This document shows, piece by piece, positions 1-12,343 of a stretch of 64,000 bases of DNA. The notes beneath the pieces were generated by a model. The model saw only the letters and a list, made by a program, of their open reading frames with translations, ran no database searches and was not told where the DNA came from. Each line of letters begins with the position of its first letter. The stretch's first letter is position 1. Where the stretch lies: NCBI GenBank assembly GCA_951406725.2, contig OX597820.1, positions 105,958,001 through 106,022,000 on the forward strand, given 5' to 3'. The stretch comes from Octopus vulgaris. Its lineage: Eukaryota. The translations under genes and the position numbers were made by a program.

Positions 1-440
1 CAAAATAATTACCGTTCATATATTGGGAGTGATGAAAGTAACTAAATACATCACCTTCCTTGCAAATTTGTAACCTGGTGTTAATGTAAGTAATTAATAT
101 ATACCTGAAGTGATGGTCATTAGTGCATGTAATAGCTGAACAATATATATGTGCAAATTTTTTTGCTGGTAAGGCTGAGAAAGCACTCTACACACGTGCT
201 CTTTGCTAATTAAATTGTCCCATTCTAATAATAACACATTCACACACATATATACACACACATCTAAACCTTCTAAATTCCGAATATATATATATATATA
301 TATATGCATGCATGCATACATACATACATACATACATACATACATACATACACATACATACATACATACCTACATTCATACATACATACATACATACATA
401 CATACATACATACACACATACATACATATACATACATATA

Positions 441-1238
441 CAGGGTGCAATGGGTAAATTGTCACCATTTTATATTTTTAATTTCACGTATGCACATTGT
501 TTGTTTTTGATTTTGTCAACTAGACAGTATAGTAGGGCCAATTGAGCACTGTCTGTGAAAAAAACAACACCATGATGCAATTCACTCCTACCATAAATTT
601 GGAAACGACATGCTGTACTGCTTGGCATTTGTGCTGGAAGCTCCAATATGAACATTTCAGAGTATTTGGGTGTCAATCTGAGGACAGTGCAATCTGAGGA
701 CATGTACTGAGAGTAATAAAAATCAAACATCCAATCAACATCATGGTGTTTGGAGTGATCACTAGAGATGGCAATGTTATCCCTCCATACATATTCCCAC
801 ATAGCCTCAGACTCAACATGAAGGCCTACATCAAGTGCCTGGAGGAGGTGGTGCTGCCCTGTGTCAGAAGACCCTATGTTTAGCAACAGGACTCTGCACC
901 ATGCCACACAAGCAGGAGAACCCAGTCATGGCTGTCAGACAATTTCTATGACCACATCATCCCTAACTAAATATAGCCACTTAACTCCCCAGACTGCAAC
1001 CGCCTTCATTATTATGTGTGGGGTGCAGTTGAGTGAGAGACCAACAAAACTCCTTGTAACACCAAAGATGAACTGAAGGCAAGCATTATGGCAGCATCCA
1101 TCAGTTTAAACAAGGAGTCCATCCAGAAGAGTTGCAGGAGATTCCAAAGTTGTCCTGAGGTTGTGGTTGAAGCCAATGGCGATTTATTGAATAAATTCAC
1201 TCTTTAATATTTCAAGATATTTTTATGTAATTTTGGTT
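441..1238 (+). mobile_element. Tc1/mariner superfamily, maT (DD37D) transposon, internally deleted, 3' end lost to a SINE
   Basis: TA|CAGGGTG TIR. Frameshifted transposase remnants (MVFGVITRDG, QQDSAPCHTSRRTQSWLSDNF, C-terminal VVEANGDLLN-like). Spacing from the second D to the SPDCN motif region fits DD37D. Homologous to 18790-19469 and 41339-42236. Confidence 0.85.
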
Positions 1239-1239
1239 A

Positions 1240-1381
1240 TTTCCCAACCATATGGTTCCAGGTCCAGTCCCACTGCGTGGCACCTTGGGCAAGTGTCATC
1301 TACTATAGCTTCGGGCTGACTAAAGCTTTGTGAGTGGATTTGGTTGACGGAAAGTGAAAAAAGCCCATTGTTGTGTGTGTG

Positions 1382-1412
<31 letters not shown>

Positions 1413-1625
1413 ATGTATTTATGTGTTTGTGTTTGTCTCCCCCCCCCCCCCACCATCGCCTGACAACCGATGTTGGTGTGCTTACATCCCCGTAACTCAG
1501 TGGTTCGGCAAAAGAGACCTATAAAATAAGTACTAGGTTCACAAAGAATAAGTCCTGTGGTCGATTTGTTCGACTAAAGGTGGTACTCCAGCATGGTTGC
1601 AGTCAAGTGACTGGAACTAGTAATC
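1240..1625 (+). mobile_element. tRNA-derived SINE (family A), 5'-truncated
   Basis: ttcccaacca..ggttccaggtccagtcccactgcgtggcaccttgggcaagtgtc core, repeated many times in the window, with an internal (TA)/(TG) tract. Confidence 0.8.
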
Positions 1626-1686
1626 CAGAGAGCTGCACCAGGTTTTATATATATATATATATTAAAAATGGGGAGGGATGGTTTAT

Positions 1687-1747
1687 GGGATTACCTTAGG
1701 TTTTCTGTTCATAAAGGGTTTAGCTTTATGGCGTATCATCAGATCCC
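1687..1747 (-). ncRNA. Type I hammerhead ribozyme motif (left arm copy)
   Basis: Minus strand: gggat CTGATGA tacgc-cataaag-ctaaacc-ctttatg-aaca GAAAAC ctaag GTA atccc. Stem I gggat/atccc, stem III cct-a-agg. Base of stem II is degenerate. Confidence 0.65.
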
Positions 1748-2164
1748 AAAAAACCTGTTGGTCCATGACCTCATAAAAATATGGAGGGGAAAATGCCTCA
1801 CTACTTTTACATAACATCACTGGCCAGCCATGTCTGGCAACTAAGAGACAATAGGATTCTATACTCGATCTCATGGTAAATCTTTGTGAACCCAGGCCCT
1901 TACATCAACGGGATGAAACATTGCAAGCTATGCATAGCTGAACGCATGAGAATCCTAAAAGACTTGCTTAACTCCAGAACAGAGATTTTTGGGCTATGTT
2001 TACATTCCAGGAGCTTCTTACTAGTCATTTGGTGCCCACAAGATGCAGCACAGCCGAAAGTTGATAGCCAATAGCAAAGGGAGATAATCCCCAGTTATTG
2101 CCTTTAAGTAGTGAGGCATTTCTCCCTCTATATTTTTAAGAGGTCATGGACCAACAGGTTTTTC

Positions 2165-2219
2165 GGGATCTGACGATACACCATAAACCCTTTATGAACG
2201 GGAGACCTAAGGTAATCCC
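2165..2219 (+). ncRNA. Type I hammerhead ribozyme motif (right arm copy, GAAA mutated to GAGA)
   Basis: gggat CTGACGA tacac-cataaa-ccc-tttatg-aacgg GAGAC ctaag GTA atccc. Confidence 0.6.
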
Positions 2220-2699
2220 ATAAACTGGCCTTCCCCATTTTTAATATATACTGCTCTACATCTTAGAATGTGCTTCTTCTTTCGGGTTTATGTTTTCTAC
2301 AAATGATCTGTGTGGGTGTGTGTAAATGAGTAGTATAAAATATGTGGATTCAGAGAATCATGCTCCTCATATGGACTTGGCTATCAGTTCACATACTAAT
2401 CAGTTACAAGGTAGTGCAATGCATAGTGTCCATGTAACCGAAAATCTAGATAAAATTATTCTATTGGGAATATATGAAAACAAAGTCAGGATGTATAAGA
2501 GGTGAACAAAGATTTCTCTAACTATATACTTCTATAGGATTACAGCCATTTCGGAACCTTCTTCATGTAGCATTAATTTCAGTGTATCAGGAATTGTGCA
2601 TACATGTCTGTATTAATGTGTGTTCATCATTATACAATACAATTGTTTATTCACAAATTAATGCAAATAAAGAAAGTTCATCAAATTACCAGAACATCC

Positions 2700-3045
2700 T
2701 GGTTATATCAACATTTGAAATCTAAATATACACAAAACTCACTCTTCATATGTATCAGTGCATTCTCTTCCACATTCAGATTTTACTGGAATAATTACAA
2801 ACTTAGACTTAGGCATAAAAATAAGCCTAGTAGTACATCTTTTGGTAAATTTGTACATTTTCTCACTAATTTATAACATTGAATATAAAATTGCTTGGTC
2901 CATTGTATGTTATGCACAGTCATATAAAGGTGGTGGTGGTGGTCGGTGTGGGTTCTCTGTATTAGAAGTAACCTACATTAGTAGAATAAAATCAAATAAT
3001 GATAAATCAATTATAAAATGCTAGCATCTTAGAAATAAGTCATTC
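2700..3045 (+). mobile_element. Degenerate Penelope-like GIY-YIG endonuclease remnant
   Basis: Frameshifted ORFs give FRFYWNNYKLRLRHKNKPSSTSFGKFVHFL ... NIEYKIAWSIVCYAQSYKGGGGGRCGFSVLEVTYI...IIKC*H. This parallels the PLE pattern FKxRYNNHKxSFRH...STELSKYIWxLK..NIxYxIxWSI...AxPYxxGxxRCxLCLxEKxxI...CRH. Confidence 0.65.
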
Positions 3046-3717
3046 CTATACACTATGTATACCTAACCTTAGATTAACTTATCAGACCTAAATTAATAAA
3101 CCTTATGATTTTGATTAATGACAGTGACCAATTTCCTATCCAATGAGGACCATAACTAATTTTCCTCTTTATAATTTATAGTGTATTTGATCATATTCAG
3201 TCATTCTTCTGTTATGTAAAACTACTTTAATGACTAATGGATATTTAGTCCATACATTTTATGCCCTAAAATAAACTATTTAAGTGAGGCTGAAGTTGTT
3301 ACTCTTTGATGACTGCCCTGCTTCTTTTTGATTGTTTTAATCCTAAATATAATCTATTATATGTGTTTTCTTTGAAATTTTACCTCTGATAATCCCTTTC
3401 ACAGTTTCACCCAATACAAGTGTTTACTCTACATCCTTTGTGACTAGTTATATATATATATTCATGCATGTGCTTTTTAATATGCATGTATATGTATACA
3501 TTTGTGTGTGTGTATGTATATGTATGCATGTATGTGCATAAATATATATGTAAATATGTGCATGTATAAGTATATTTATAAATGTCCATACTACTTGGAG
3601 CTTGTTCAGTAGGTATGAGCCATACGTTTATATACATGTACACATGAATTTAGGTTTATTTATATTTAAATACATATATATATGCACGTACATACTTACA
3701 ATATATATATATATATT

Positions 3718-4057
3718 GAAGGCCTGTCTTAAAACATTGAACCTTACAAAGGAGATGACAGAAGACCAAGATATGTAGCACATTGCTGTACTGGAGAAGG
3801 CCTAACCACCACTACAGAACTGAGAGCCTAAAATCTAAAAAAGAGCCTAAAAGCATAAAGGGCACTGGTGCTGGTGCCACATAAAAAGCACGCAGTACAC
3901 TCTGTGGAGTAGTTGGTATTAGGAATGTCATCCAGCCATAAAAACAAGCCAAAACAGATTTGGAACCTGGTGCAGCCCCTGACTTTACCAGTTCCTGTCA
4001 AGCCTTCCAACCTGTGCCAGCATGTTAAATGATGATGATGATGATGATGATGATGAT
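3718..4057 (+). mobile_element. RTE LINE 3' fragment followed by a (GAT)n-tailed short non-autonomous retroposon
   Basis: LKTLNLTKEMTEDQD-like RTE C-terminus, then the gcatccagc..ccatgccagcatg..(gat)n family seen at 9895-10268 and 62462-62872. Confidence 0.55.
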
Positions 4058-4188
4058 ACATATATATACACCCCACACACACACCACACATCAGTAATGA
4101 ATATCAGTACTTTAATAAGATTTAATAAAATCAAAGCAATAAAGAGAACATTTAAAAAAAATAATTTTGTTTTTCTTCATTTCTACAG

Positions 4189-4388
4189 GATCCCTGTACT
4201 ATTGGTAGCAGCCACAATCGTTCCGCTAGACCTTTTAACAACCCTGGAGCATTTTCACCAAGAAATATCCAGCCAGTACCCAATGTAGTTCATGCCCAAT
4301 TCAACTCACCCATTTCCTTGTATTCTGCTGACAATCTAGCTGAAACTTATTCTGATCAGACTTCAAAACTTGCAGAAAACTTGAACAA
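4189..4388 (+). CDS. Zasp: Internal exon of a PDZ and LIM domain (Zasp/ALP-Enigma, PDLIM-like) gene, ZM motif exon
   Basis: Acceptor ttttgtttttcttcatttctacag| and donor AA|gtaaga. The open frame reads DPCTIGSSHNRSARPFNNPGAFSPRNIQPVPNVVHAQFNSPISLYSADNLAETYSDQTSKLAENLN(K). 'GSSHNRSARPF' and 'VVHAQFNSPISLYSADN' match the ALP-family HNRxAxPF motif and the ZM (ZASP-like) motif. Not in the ORF track because there is no ATG in frame. The symbol is family-level. Confidence 0.88.
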
Positions 4389-4764
4389 GTAAGATAATTA
4401 TTTCATTTATGCAGTTACTTATTGTATGTTGGCACAGGTAAGGATGTGTGGTTAAAACTTTTGCTTCCCAAAACCACATCGTTTTGCATTTAGTCCCACT
4501 GGGCAAGTGTCTTCTGTTACAAACTTGGGCCAATCAAAACCTTGTAATTGGATTTGGTGGATGGAAACTGAAAGAAGCTTGTCTCATACAGATATACATA
4601 TGTTTGTACATTCATTTGTCCATCGTCAATGATGACCATCTCTCTCTTCATTTCTATCTAGCCACTATTCACTTTTCACACTCTTGCAGTCTTACCTACC
4701 AATGCACCCTGTCCAGTCCTCTGGGCCATTTCACTTATGTTCACCTTCCTGTAACTTGAGGGTC

Positions 4765-4985
4765 ATGTCTGGTAAGCTCACTGCCATCAATTCACTGCAA
4801 GGAAGGTTCACTCTCATCAATTCACTGTTTTTTATCAATAAAATAGTTTTTAACTATTAAAGGTGAGATGCTATGGACATATTTTTTTGGTAAACTTTCC
4901 TTGTGGTGAACTTTCTTCACAGTGAATTAATGGCAGTGAACTCTCCTGCAATGAACTGATAGCAGTGAACTTACTTGTAATCTAC
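4765..4985. mobile_element. MITE-like element with sub-repeated terminal inverted repeats
   Basis: Left ggtaagctcactgccatcaattcactgc.. mirrors right ..gcaatgaactgatagcagtgaacttact. ttcactg/cagtgaa subrepeats recur at ~15-bp spacing. Confidence 0.55.
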
Positions 4986-7900
4986 TTACCCATTCACCGT
5001 GTCCAGTCCTCTGGACCATTTTGCTTATGTTCAACCCTAATACTGCTTTACCATTTTCTCTCCTTTTCTAACTGAGGTAGCCATGCATCTCCTCTACTGC
5101 ATGACATTTGTTTCTGTTCCTCTAACTTACTTTAACCTCTCATTACGTGGCATAAAGCCACCTCCCTCTCAATACTACACCTGCTTCTGTTGAGGGGTCT
5201 TGCCTTGCAAGTTACTTGGTGACCTCACTAGAGCAGGTGCCATGTAAAATGTTGTGTGGACACTATGTGAAGTGGTTGGCATTAGGAAGTGCAACCAGCT
5301 GTAGAAACCACACAAAAGCAGACATTGGAGTTTGGCGCTGTCCTCTGCCTTGTTGGCTTCTGTCGAACTGTGCAACACATGCTAACATGGAAAATGGACT
5401 TTAAACGATGATAATGATGATTGTATGTATTTATTGCATATGTGTGTGTGTGTTGTGCATGCATGCATGTGCACACAGGTGTGAGCTTTCTTGTCTTCAC
5501 ATCATATGTTAGTCGTAAATGAGTGTCACAATCACACAGGTGGTGTGGTTTGTTTCCAATCTTTAGTGGGAACATGCCAAGCCATGGGAAAAAAATATTT
5601 GCTTGGAAACAGGGTGAGGGTTGGTGACAATAAGGGTATTCAGCCACAGAAAACCTCCCTCAACAAATTTCAGCCAACCCACGCAAGTATGGATAAGTGG
5701 ATGTTAAAATGTTAATGATATATGTGTATGACAGGGCTGCAATCACATGCTTGCACATGTGTGTTTATGTGTGTGCACACATGCATGTGCATGTGTGTTT
5801 GTGTGTGTGTATGCATGCACGCACGCGTGTATATGTGCGTGTGTGTGTACATCACCATCATAATTTTAATGCCTACCTTTTCATGCATGCATAGTGCAGA
5901 TGGAATTCATTTTGGCAGATTTTCTACAGCCAGGTACCCTTTTTGTTGTCAACCCTCTCGTATTGAAGTAAGGTATTATTTCCTCATGGCCAGACATGTT
6001 TTCATGACACTGCTTCTATGATGGTGACATTTGTTTACAACTGTCACATGATGTCAAGACAAAGAGGCGCAAACACACGCATACTTATTTACTTACACAC
6101 ACACTCACACATATGATAGGTTTCTTTGAGTTTACATCTACCAAATCTGCTCACAAAGTTTTGATGCATCCTGGGCAAGAGATACCTTTGGCAAGTGTCT
6201 TCTACTATAGCATGGGTCTATATTAGAAGACACTTGTCCAAGGTGCCAAGCAGTGGAACCGAACCTGAAACTACAAGGCTGGAGGGAAACTGCTTAACCA
6301 CACAGCCATGCCTACATCTCTCTCATTCTCTCTCTCTCTCTCTTCCTCTCCCTCTCTCCCTCTCCTTGTATATATTTATATGTGGGTGTACATTTGATAA
6401 GAAGTTTGCATACCAACCACATCATTCTTGGTTCAATCCCACTGCATGACATCTTGGGCAAGTACCTTCTGCTAAAGTCCTGGGCCAAGCAAAGCCTTAT
6501 AAGTGGATTTGGCTGACAGAAACTGAAAGAAGCTTGTCATGTGTGTGTGTATGTATATTTGTGTTACTGTCTCCTTGCCTTGATACTGCATGGTGGTTGT
6601 AAACAAATGACTCCATCATGCAAGTGGTGCCCTTCATTCCCAATCCTCTGTGAAAATGAGTTTCGTTATGGGGAAATATTACCATACCTGAAAACAGTTG
6701 GGGTTTGATGGCAGGAAGAGCATCCAGCTGTAGAAAATCTACCTCAACAAGACTCCATCTGATCCATGCAAACATGGAAAATGGACATTAAAGCAATAAT
6801 GATGATGGTATATACCTGTGTGTGTGTGTGTGTGTGTGTGTGTATCACATATGATATTAATATTCTTCTTAGTTATTGCTACCATTGTCACATTTTCTAC
6901 TCATAATACAGCATTATAAAAACACACAAAATATTTTTTATGAAGCAAAGTTAAAGTTTACTTTATACTGTTGTGTTCAGTTCACTCTTAACACAAAACT
7001 TCTATATTCTCTTTATGTTGTGCATCTGATCATTACTTACTGCCAAGCTGACTTATACCTCCATATATTGCAGGTATATGCACACTTTAGTAGTGATTCA
7101 TTTTGATTTACTTTCATAATAAACATATGATTTTTACTTAAAGACTTTAGTTTTATTTTATTCATGTCAAATTTTCTGCACTATTTATAAGCACAAATCC
7201 TCCTGTAATTTTACCTTATAAACAGATGTTTAAAATTACTTTACTTATACTAATATAGGTGCAGGCATAGCTGTGATTGGTGCTGACATCAGTTTATGGT
7301 TAAGACATTTTCTTTGCACTTACATAGTTTGGTTTCAGTCTCACAGTGTTTTCTATGCTAGCTCTGGATATACCAAAGCCTTGTGAGTGGATTTTGTGGA
7401 CACAAACTGAAAGAAGCAGTAACATATATCTATCTGTCTGTCTGTCTGTCTATCCATATATGAGTGTATGTGTGTGTGTGTGTATGAAGGAAAAGGGGGT
7501 TAAATAAATCCAGGCAAATACCACAAAATGTGTGTGTGTCTCCCTCCTTGTCTTGACATCATGTGGTAGTTGTAAAATGATCGTCACTGTCATGCAAGCA
7601 GAGTCATTTATTTCCAATATTCAGTGAGATGTGTTTGGCCATGGGGACATGTTAACCCTGCTCTAAAACAGATGACAAGATACGCATCAACCATAGAAAA
7701 GCTGCCTCAATAAATTTTGTCTGACCCATGCAAGCATGAAAAAGTAGACATGAAAATGATGACAATGATAATAATGAGGATATAATAATACTGTGTAACA
7801 AAATATTAATTTTTTTTGTCTTTGGTCACTAAGTGTTTTTTCCTATTTTGCTTTTATCTAGAAATCAAAGGAAATGACTACTATCCCCTTCAAACTTTGC

Positions 7901-8119
7901 TTTTGTGACCTGAACGTCAATGTTTTGAAACTGCCCTATTTTCTATTACATTTCAAACAGATTCAGTGCTGAGTTACTGAAGCAGAAATAGTGTTATAGC
8001 AAATATCCTGCTCAATACCACAGATTTGCTTGTCAGCTGTTTGACTGTAACCACTTGAGCATGTCCCTTAGTGGATGACAATATGTGTATCTCTGATCAT
8101 AAGTGGGTGTAGTGGGGGA

Positions 8120-9895
8120 GCATAGACTTGTCATTAGTGACTTAGACTCCAGGTCAGAAGGATGCCAAGAAGCAGACCAATCTGGAAAAGAAGGATTTGG
8201 AAGCTTAAGGACCCTTCATATTGTCAAAGATTTGAGAAATTTGATGAGAGGGAGGAGAGCAACTGGGAATTCCTGCGGGACAGCTTGCTAAGTGCACAGA
8301 CCAAATCTGCAGCTGGTGCAAAGCCCCATTCAGATCTAGGGTGATGTAGTGGTGGAACAATGCTGTAAACAAGGCCATTAGAGCAAAGAAACCGGCCTAG
8401 AAGAGTGGGGGTAGCAGGGAACTGTATCAGATAGCCAGAAAGGGACAGATATATCTAGCCAAGGGAGAAGCAGAAAAGAAGAAGTTTGCCTATCTCCAGC
8501 GACATGAGGACCAAAGAACTGAAGTGTTTTGGATTGCAGGGCAATGTGTGAAAGAAAATTGTGATGTCATAGGAGAGAAATGTGTCTGCATGGATGATGG
8601 TGCACTTGCATGTAATGGTTCTGCAAAGAAAGAGGCTTGGAGATGCCATTATGAAAGACTGCTGAACGTAGAGAATGAGTGGGAGGAGGAAAGTCTGCCA
8701 AATGTTGACCCAATTGAGGTAAACAATTGAGCTACCTGAATTCACAGTAGCTTGGTAGATTAAGCAGTTAAGGATATGAAGACAAGGGAAAGCCCCTGGC
8801 CCATCAGGTTTCACTGCTGAGATGCTTAAAATATCTGGCGGCGGCGGTAATGATCTAGTAACCCATATTGTAAATCAGGTGGTTCATGAAGGAGTCACAC
8901 TCAATGACTGGTGTAGCAGCACCATAGTCAACTGCTACAAAGGTAAAGGTGATGCCTTAGATAGAAATAATTACAGAGGTATCAAATTACTGGATCAGGT
9001 GATGAAAGTTATGGAGAGGGTCATAGCCCAACTAATTAGGGAGGGAGTAAGTCTAGATGAGATGCAGTTAGGTTTTGTGCCAGGGAGAAGCACTGCTGGT
9101 GCTATATTTCTGGTAAGGCTGCTGCAGAAGAAATACATAGCCAAAGTTAAACCTCTGTACTTGGCTTTTGTTGACTTGGAGAAAGCCTTTGACAGGGTCC
9201 CCCAATCCCTTATCTGATGGTCAGTATGGAAACTAGGGATAGACAAGTGGTTGGTTAGAGCTGTACAAGCCATGTATAGAGATGCTACCAATAAAGTGAG
9301 GGTTGGCAACGAGTACAACAAAGAATTCAGGGTACAAGTAGGGATTCATCAAGAATCGGTCCTCAGCCCCCTTTTGTTCATCATAGTCTTTCAGGTGATA
9401 ACAAAGGAATTTAAGACAGGCTTCCCCTGGGAGCTCCTTTATGCTGATGACCTTGTTCTTATAACTGAATCACTACCAGAACTAGAGAAGTTCCAGGTAT
9501 GGAAGCAAGGTCTAGAATCGAAGGGCCTTAGAGTTAACCTAGCAAAAACCAAAGTCTTAGTAAGTAGGAAGGCAGCCAAATCACAAATCATGTCAGATAG
9601 ATGAACCTACCTGATCTGTAGAAAAGACCTAGGTAGAAACTCCATAAGATGTACTTGGTGTAAGCTTTGGACACACAAGAGGTGCAGCAATATCAGAGGA
9701 AGGTTAACAGGGAAAATAGCTTTTGTGTGTGAAGATGCACAGGTACAATAAACACCGAAAATGTACAGAAAATAGACTCCATCAATTTCCAGTGGGGTTA
9801 GCGAGAGGTAGTTGATAGCTTCTGTTATCTAGGTGACCAAGTTAGTAGCAGAGGTGGCTGCTCCAAGAGCATAGCTGTGAGAATAAGATTAAGCT
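8120..9895 (+). mobile_element. RTE-clade LINE, 5'-truncated, pseudogenised reverse transcriptase
   Basis: ORFs 8524-9604 include KGKGDALDRNNYRGIKLLDQVMKVMERVI, QLGFVPGRSTAGAIF, AFVDLEKAFDRVP, GIHQESVLSPLLF, ELLYADDLVL and GLRVNLAKTKV, with stops and frameshifts between them. Confidence 0.92.
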
Positions 9896-10265
9896 GGCAC
9901 ATGAAAAGCACCTTTTGAGCATTGGGCCTCATAGAAGGGAAGTGGCTGAGTTCTTTTCGAGTGTTGGGCCTCACAGAGGCAATAACCAAGACTTTTGGCT
10001 TTGTGTCATGCTCGAAAAGAAGACCCATCAAGCCAAGTAAAATTGCAGCCATTGCAGATACTGGTGTCACACAAATGGCATCCATGCTGGTGGAATGTAA
10101 AAGCATCCATACACTCTCAGAGTGGTTGGCATTAAGAAGAGCATCTAGCTGTAGAAATCATGCCAAGTCAGACTGGAGCATAGTGCAGCCTTCCAGCTTG
10201 CCAACACTTGTCAAACTGTCCAACACATGCCAGCATAGACAACAGACACTAAATGATGATGATGA

Positions 10266-10268
<3 letters not shown>
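9895..10268 (+). mobile_element. Non-autonomous (GAT)n-tailed retroposon
   Basis: gagtggttggcattaagaagagcatctagctgtagaaa...catgccagcat...(gat)n. Reverse-orientation homologue at 62462-62872. Confidence 0.6.
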
Positions 10269-10308
<40 letters not shown>

Positions 10309-11492
10309 CATTGCAAAGGGCATCCAGCTGTAGGAACCATATCAGTGCAGACACTGGACCACAATGCAGAGCTTGGGCCCATTGGATTTTGTCAAACTGA
10401 CAAACCTATGCAAGTATGGAGCATGGAAGTTGATGATGATGACAACTAATTAACAAAACACCAATTTCTCAGTATTGCTACTACTACTGCTGCTGTTGTG
10501 TATGGTGAAGTATACTGTCATGTTGTATACAGATATATAGTGTTGTTGTTATTGTTGATGGTGGTGGTGGTATTATTTGATCCCCGGTCAACCTTAACTG
10601 AGCAGATCTGTGATCAATAGCGTTCTGATCATGATCATCTTGTTTTTCTCTTTTCTTTAGATAACAGCTATTTAAGTTTACATTATCAACTAGTATTCAT
10701 TATCATCTTTTTTTTGAGACTGTTAAGTGTGATTTTTGAGAAATGTGGTTGCTATTTCTAGCTGAGTAAACAACCTTAGTGTGGCTCCCATGTTGCTATT
10801 TTTTAGTCAGTCTTAACAATGGAAATTGCTTTGGCTATGGACAGAATATTACGGTCAACTTCTCACTTGTTCGTCCAGTCCCCACCAATTCAGCTACTCC
10901 TATTCATCTGCAAATATTTGCTAAACTGTCCAGTATGTATGCAGCTTATCGATCCTCTTCCTCTTCATCATCATTGTCATCGTTGTCATCATTGTCATCG
11001 TTGTCATCATTGTCATCATCATTTTCATCATCATTGTCATCAATATCATTGTCATTTTACATGTGCTTTTCACATTGGCATGGGTTGGACCAGTTAGACT
11101 GGTCAGAATCATCACATATTGAAAGGGTGCTGCTCATGGGGAAAACTTTCTCACCCACATTTCACCTTTAGCTTGGTTTCTAGGGTTGGATACCCTCCTT
11201 AACAGCAACCACTTTTCAGAATGTACTCAATGCTTTTTATATGGCAACAGCACTAAAGATGTAGCCTTGCCCTTGACAAGATTAAAATGTCATTATGACC
11301 TCATGCTTCACAGAGATGTTTAAAAACACATTTAGACTTGTTTTACAGTACTACACTTTCACAAACTTGGTGAATTATTTCCTATATGGTGTTTTATATA
11401 ATTCCTGCAATGTAATTAAAATGTAATTAACACACACACACATTATTAAGCCTCTTGTCTTATTTTCTTTATTTTTGTTTTGTTCTTTTAAG

Positions 11493-11686
11493 GATGGATG
11501 TGACTAACTATCCTGTTGGTTCTCAGCTGGTTGCTGGTGGTTACCGACCTGTTGCAGCACCAAGTCCTCCAGGTGATGAAACGAATGCATGTAGTGATTC
11601 TACTACAAATGAGTTTGCTCCGCATGAACAACATTCTACAACATTTGGTCGGCTGGAAGATGCGCTTAACAAAGCTGAGGTTGACA
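11493..11686 (+). CDS. Zasp: Next internal exon of the same PDZ-LIM/Zasp gene
   Basis: Long pyrimidine tract + aag| acceptor and ACA|gtatgt donor. Phase matches the previous exon (AA+G = Lys), giving MDVTNYPVGSQLVAGGYRPVAAPSPPGDETNACSDSTTNEFAPHEQHSTTFGRLEDALNKAEVD. 'GGYRPVAAP' and 'QHSTTFGRLEDAL' resemble the GxRSVxAP and QSxSFxxLQ motifs of ALP/Zasp linkers. Confidence 0.8.
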
Positions 11687-12077
11687 GTATGTATACTAAC
11701 ATTTGCATTTTAACCCTACATTCTTGCACTGCCAGTGGTATTCTGTTTTAAATATGTATTAAATATCTTCAGTCATTGATTCTTTTACTTAAAGTATTAA
11801 CATCATCAAAAGCAGTATTCAAATGAAATTCTATCTTTTTATGGTTTCACATATTAGATAGTGATTATGCTGGGCACCATCCCTTTATGCATTTTGTTGA
11901 TCATCTGACCCCAGTACTTAATTTATTTTCTGCCTGGTAATTATTTCACTAATTGCTATTTCTTAAACCATTAAATTATGATATATAAAGGGACTTAGCA
12001 TAAATAACACTAGCTTTTTGACTGAGCTAAACATAAGCACAAACATAGACATACACATCGATATAGATGAACAGATA

Positions 12078-12155
<78 letters not shown>

Positions 12156-12343
12156 CATATATATCTATATATATATATAATTGAAAAAGTTTACAATTTG
12201 AGGGTCAAGAGTTTCATGCAGGGCACTTATCAGTCTCATCATCATATTTGACAAGTGCTATGAACAAAAGTCTCGAGTCAAATACATGTGTGTGTGCATG
12301 TGAGTGTGCGTGTGTGCATGTGTGTGTGTGTGTGTGTGTGTGT

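Larger units (their letters stand above)
1656..2308 (+). mobile_element. Penelope-like element remnant: inverted pLTR arms, GIY-YIG C-terminus and tail
   Basis: Arms ~1656-1806 and ~2106-2250 are reverse complements. Internal ORF 1886-2074 PYINGMKHCKLCIAERMRILKDLLNSRTEIFGLCLHSRSFLL matches the PLE endonuclease tail pattern (PYxNGxKRCxLCxxEK...LLNxRxE...CRH...FLL). Left flank is (TA)n. Confidence 0.8.
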
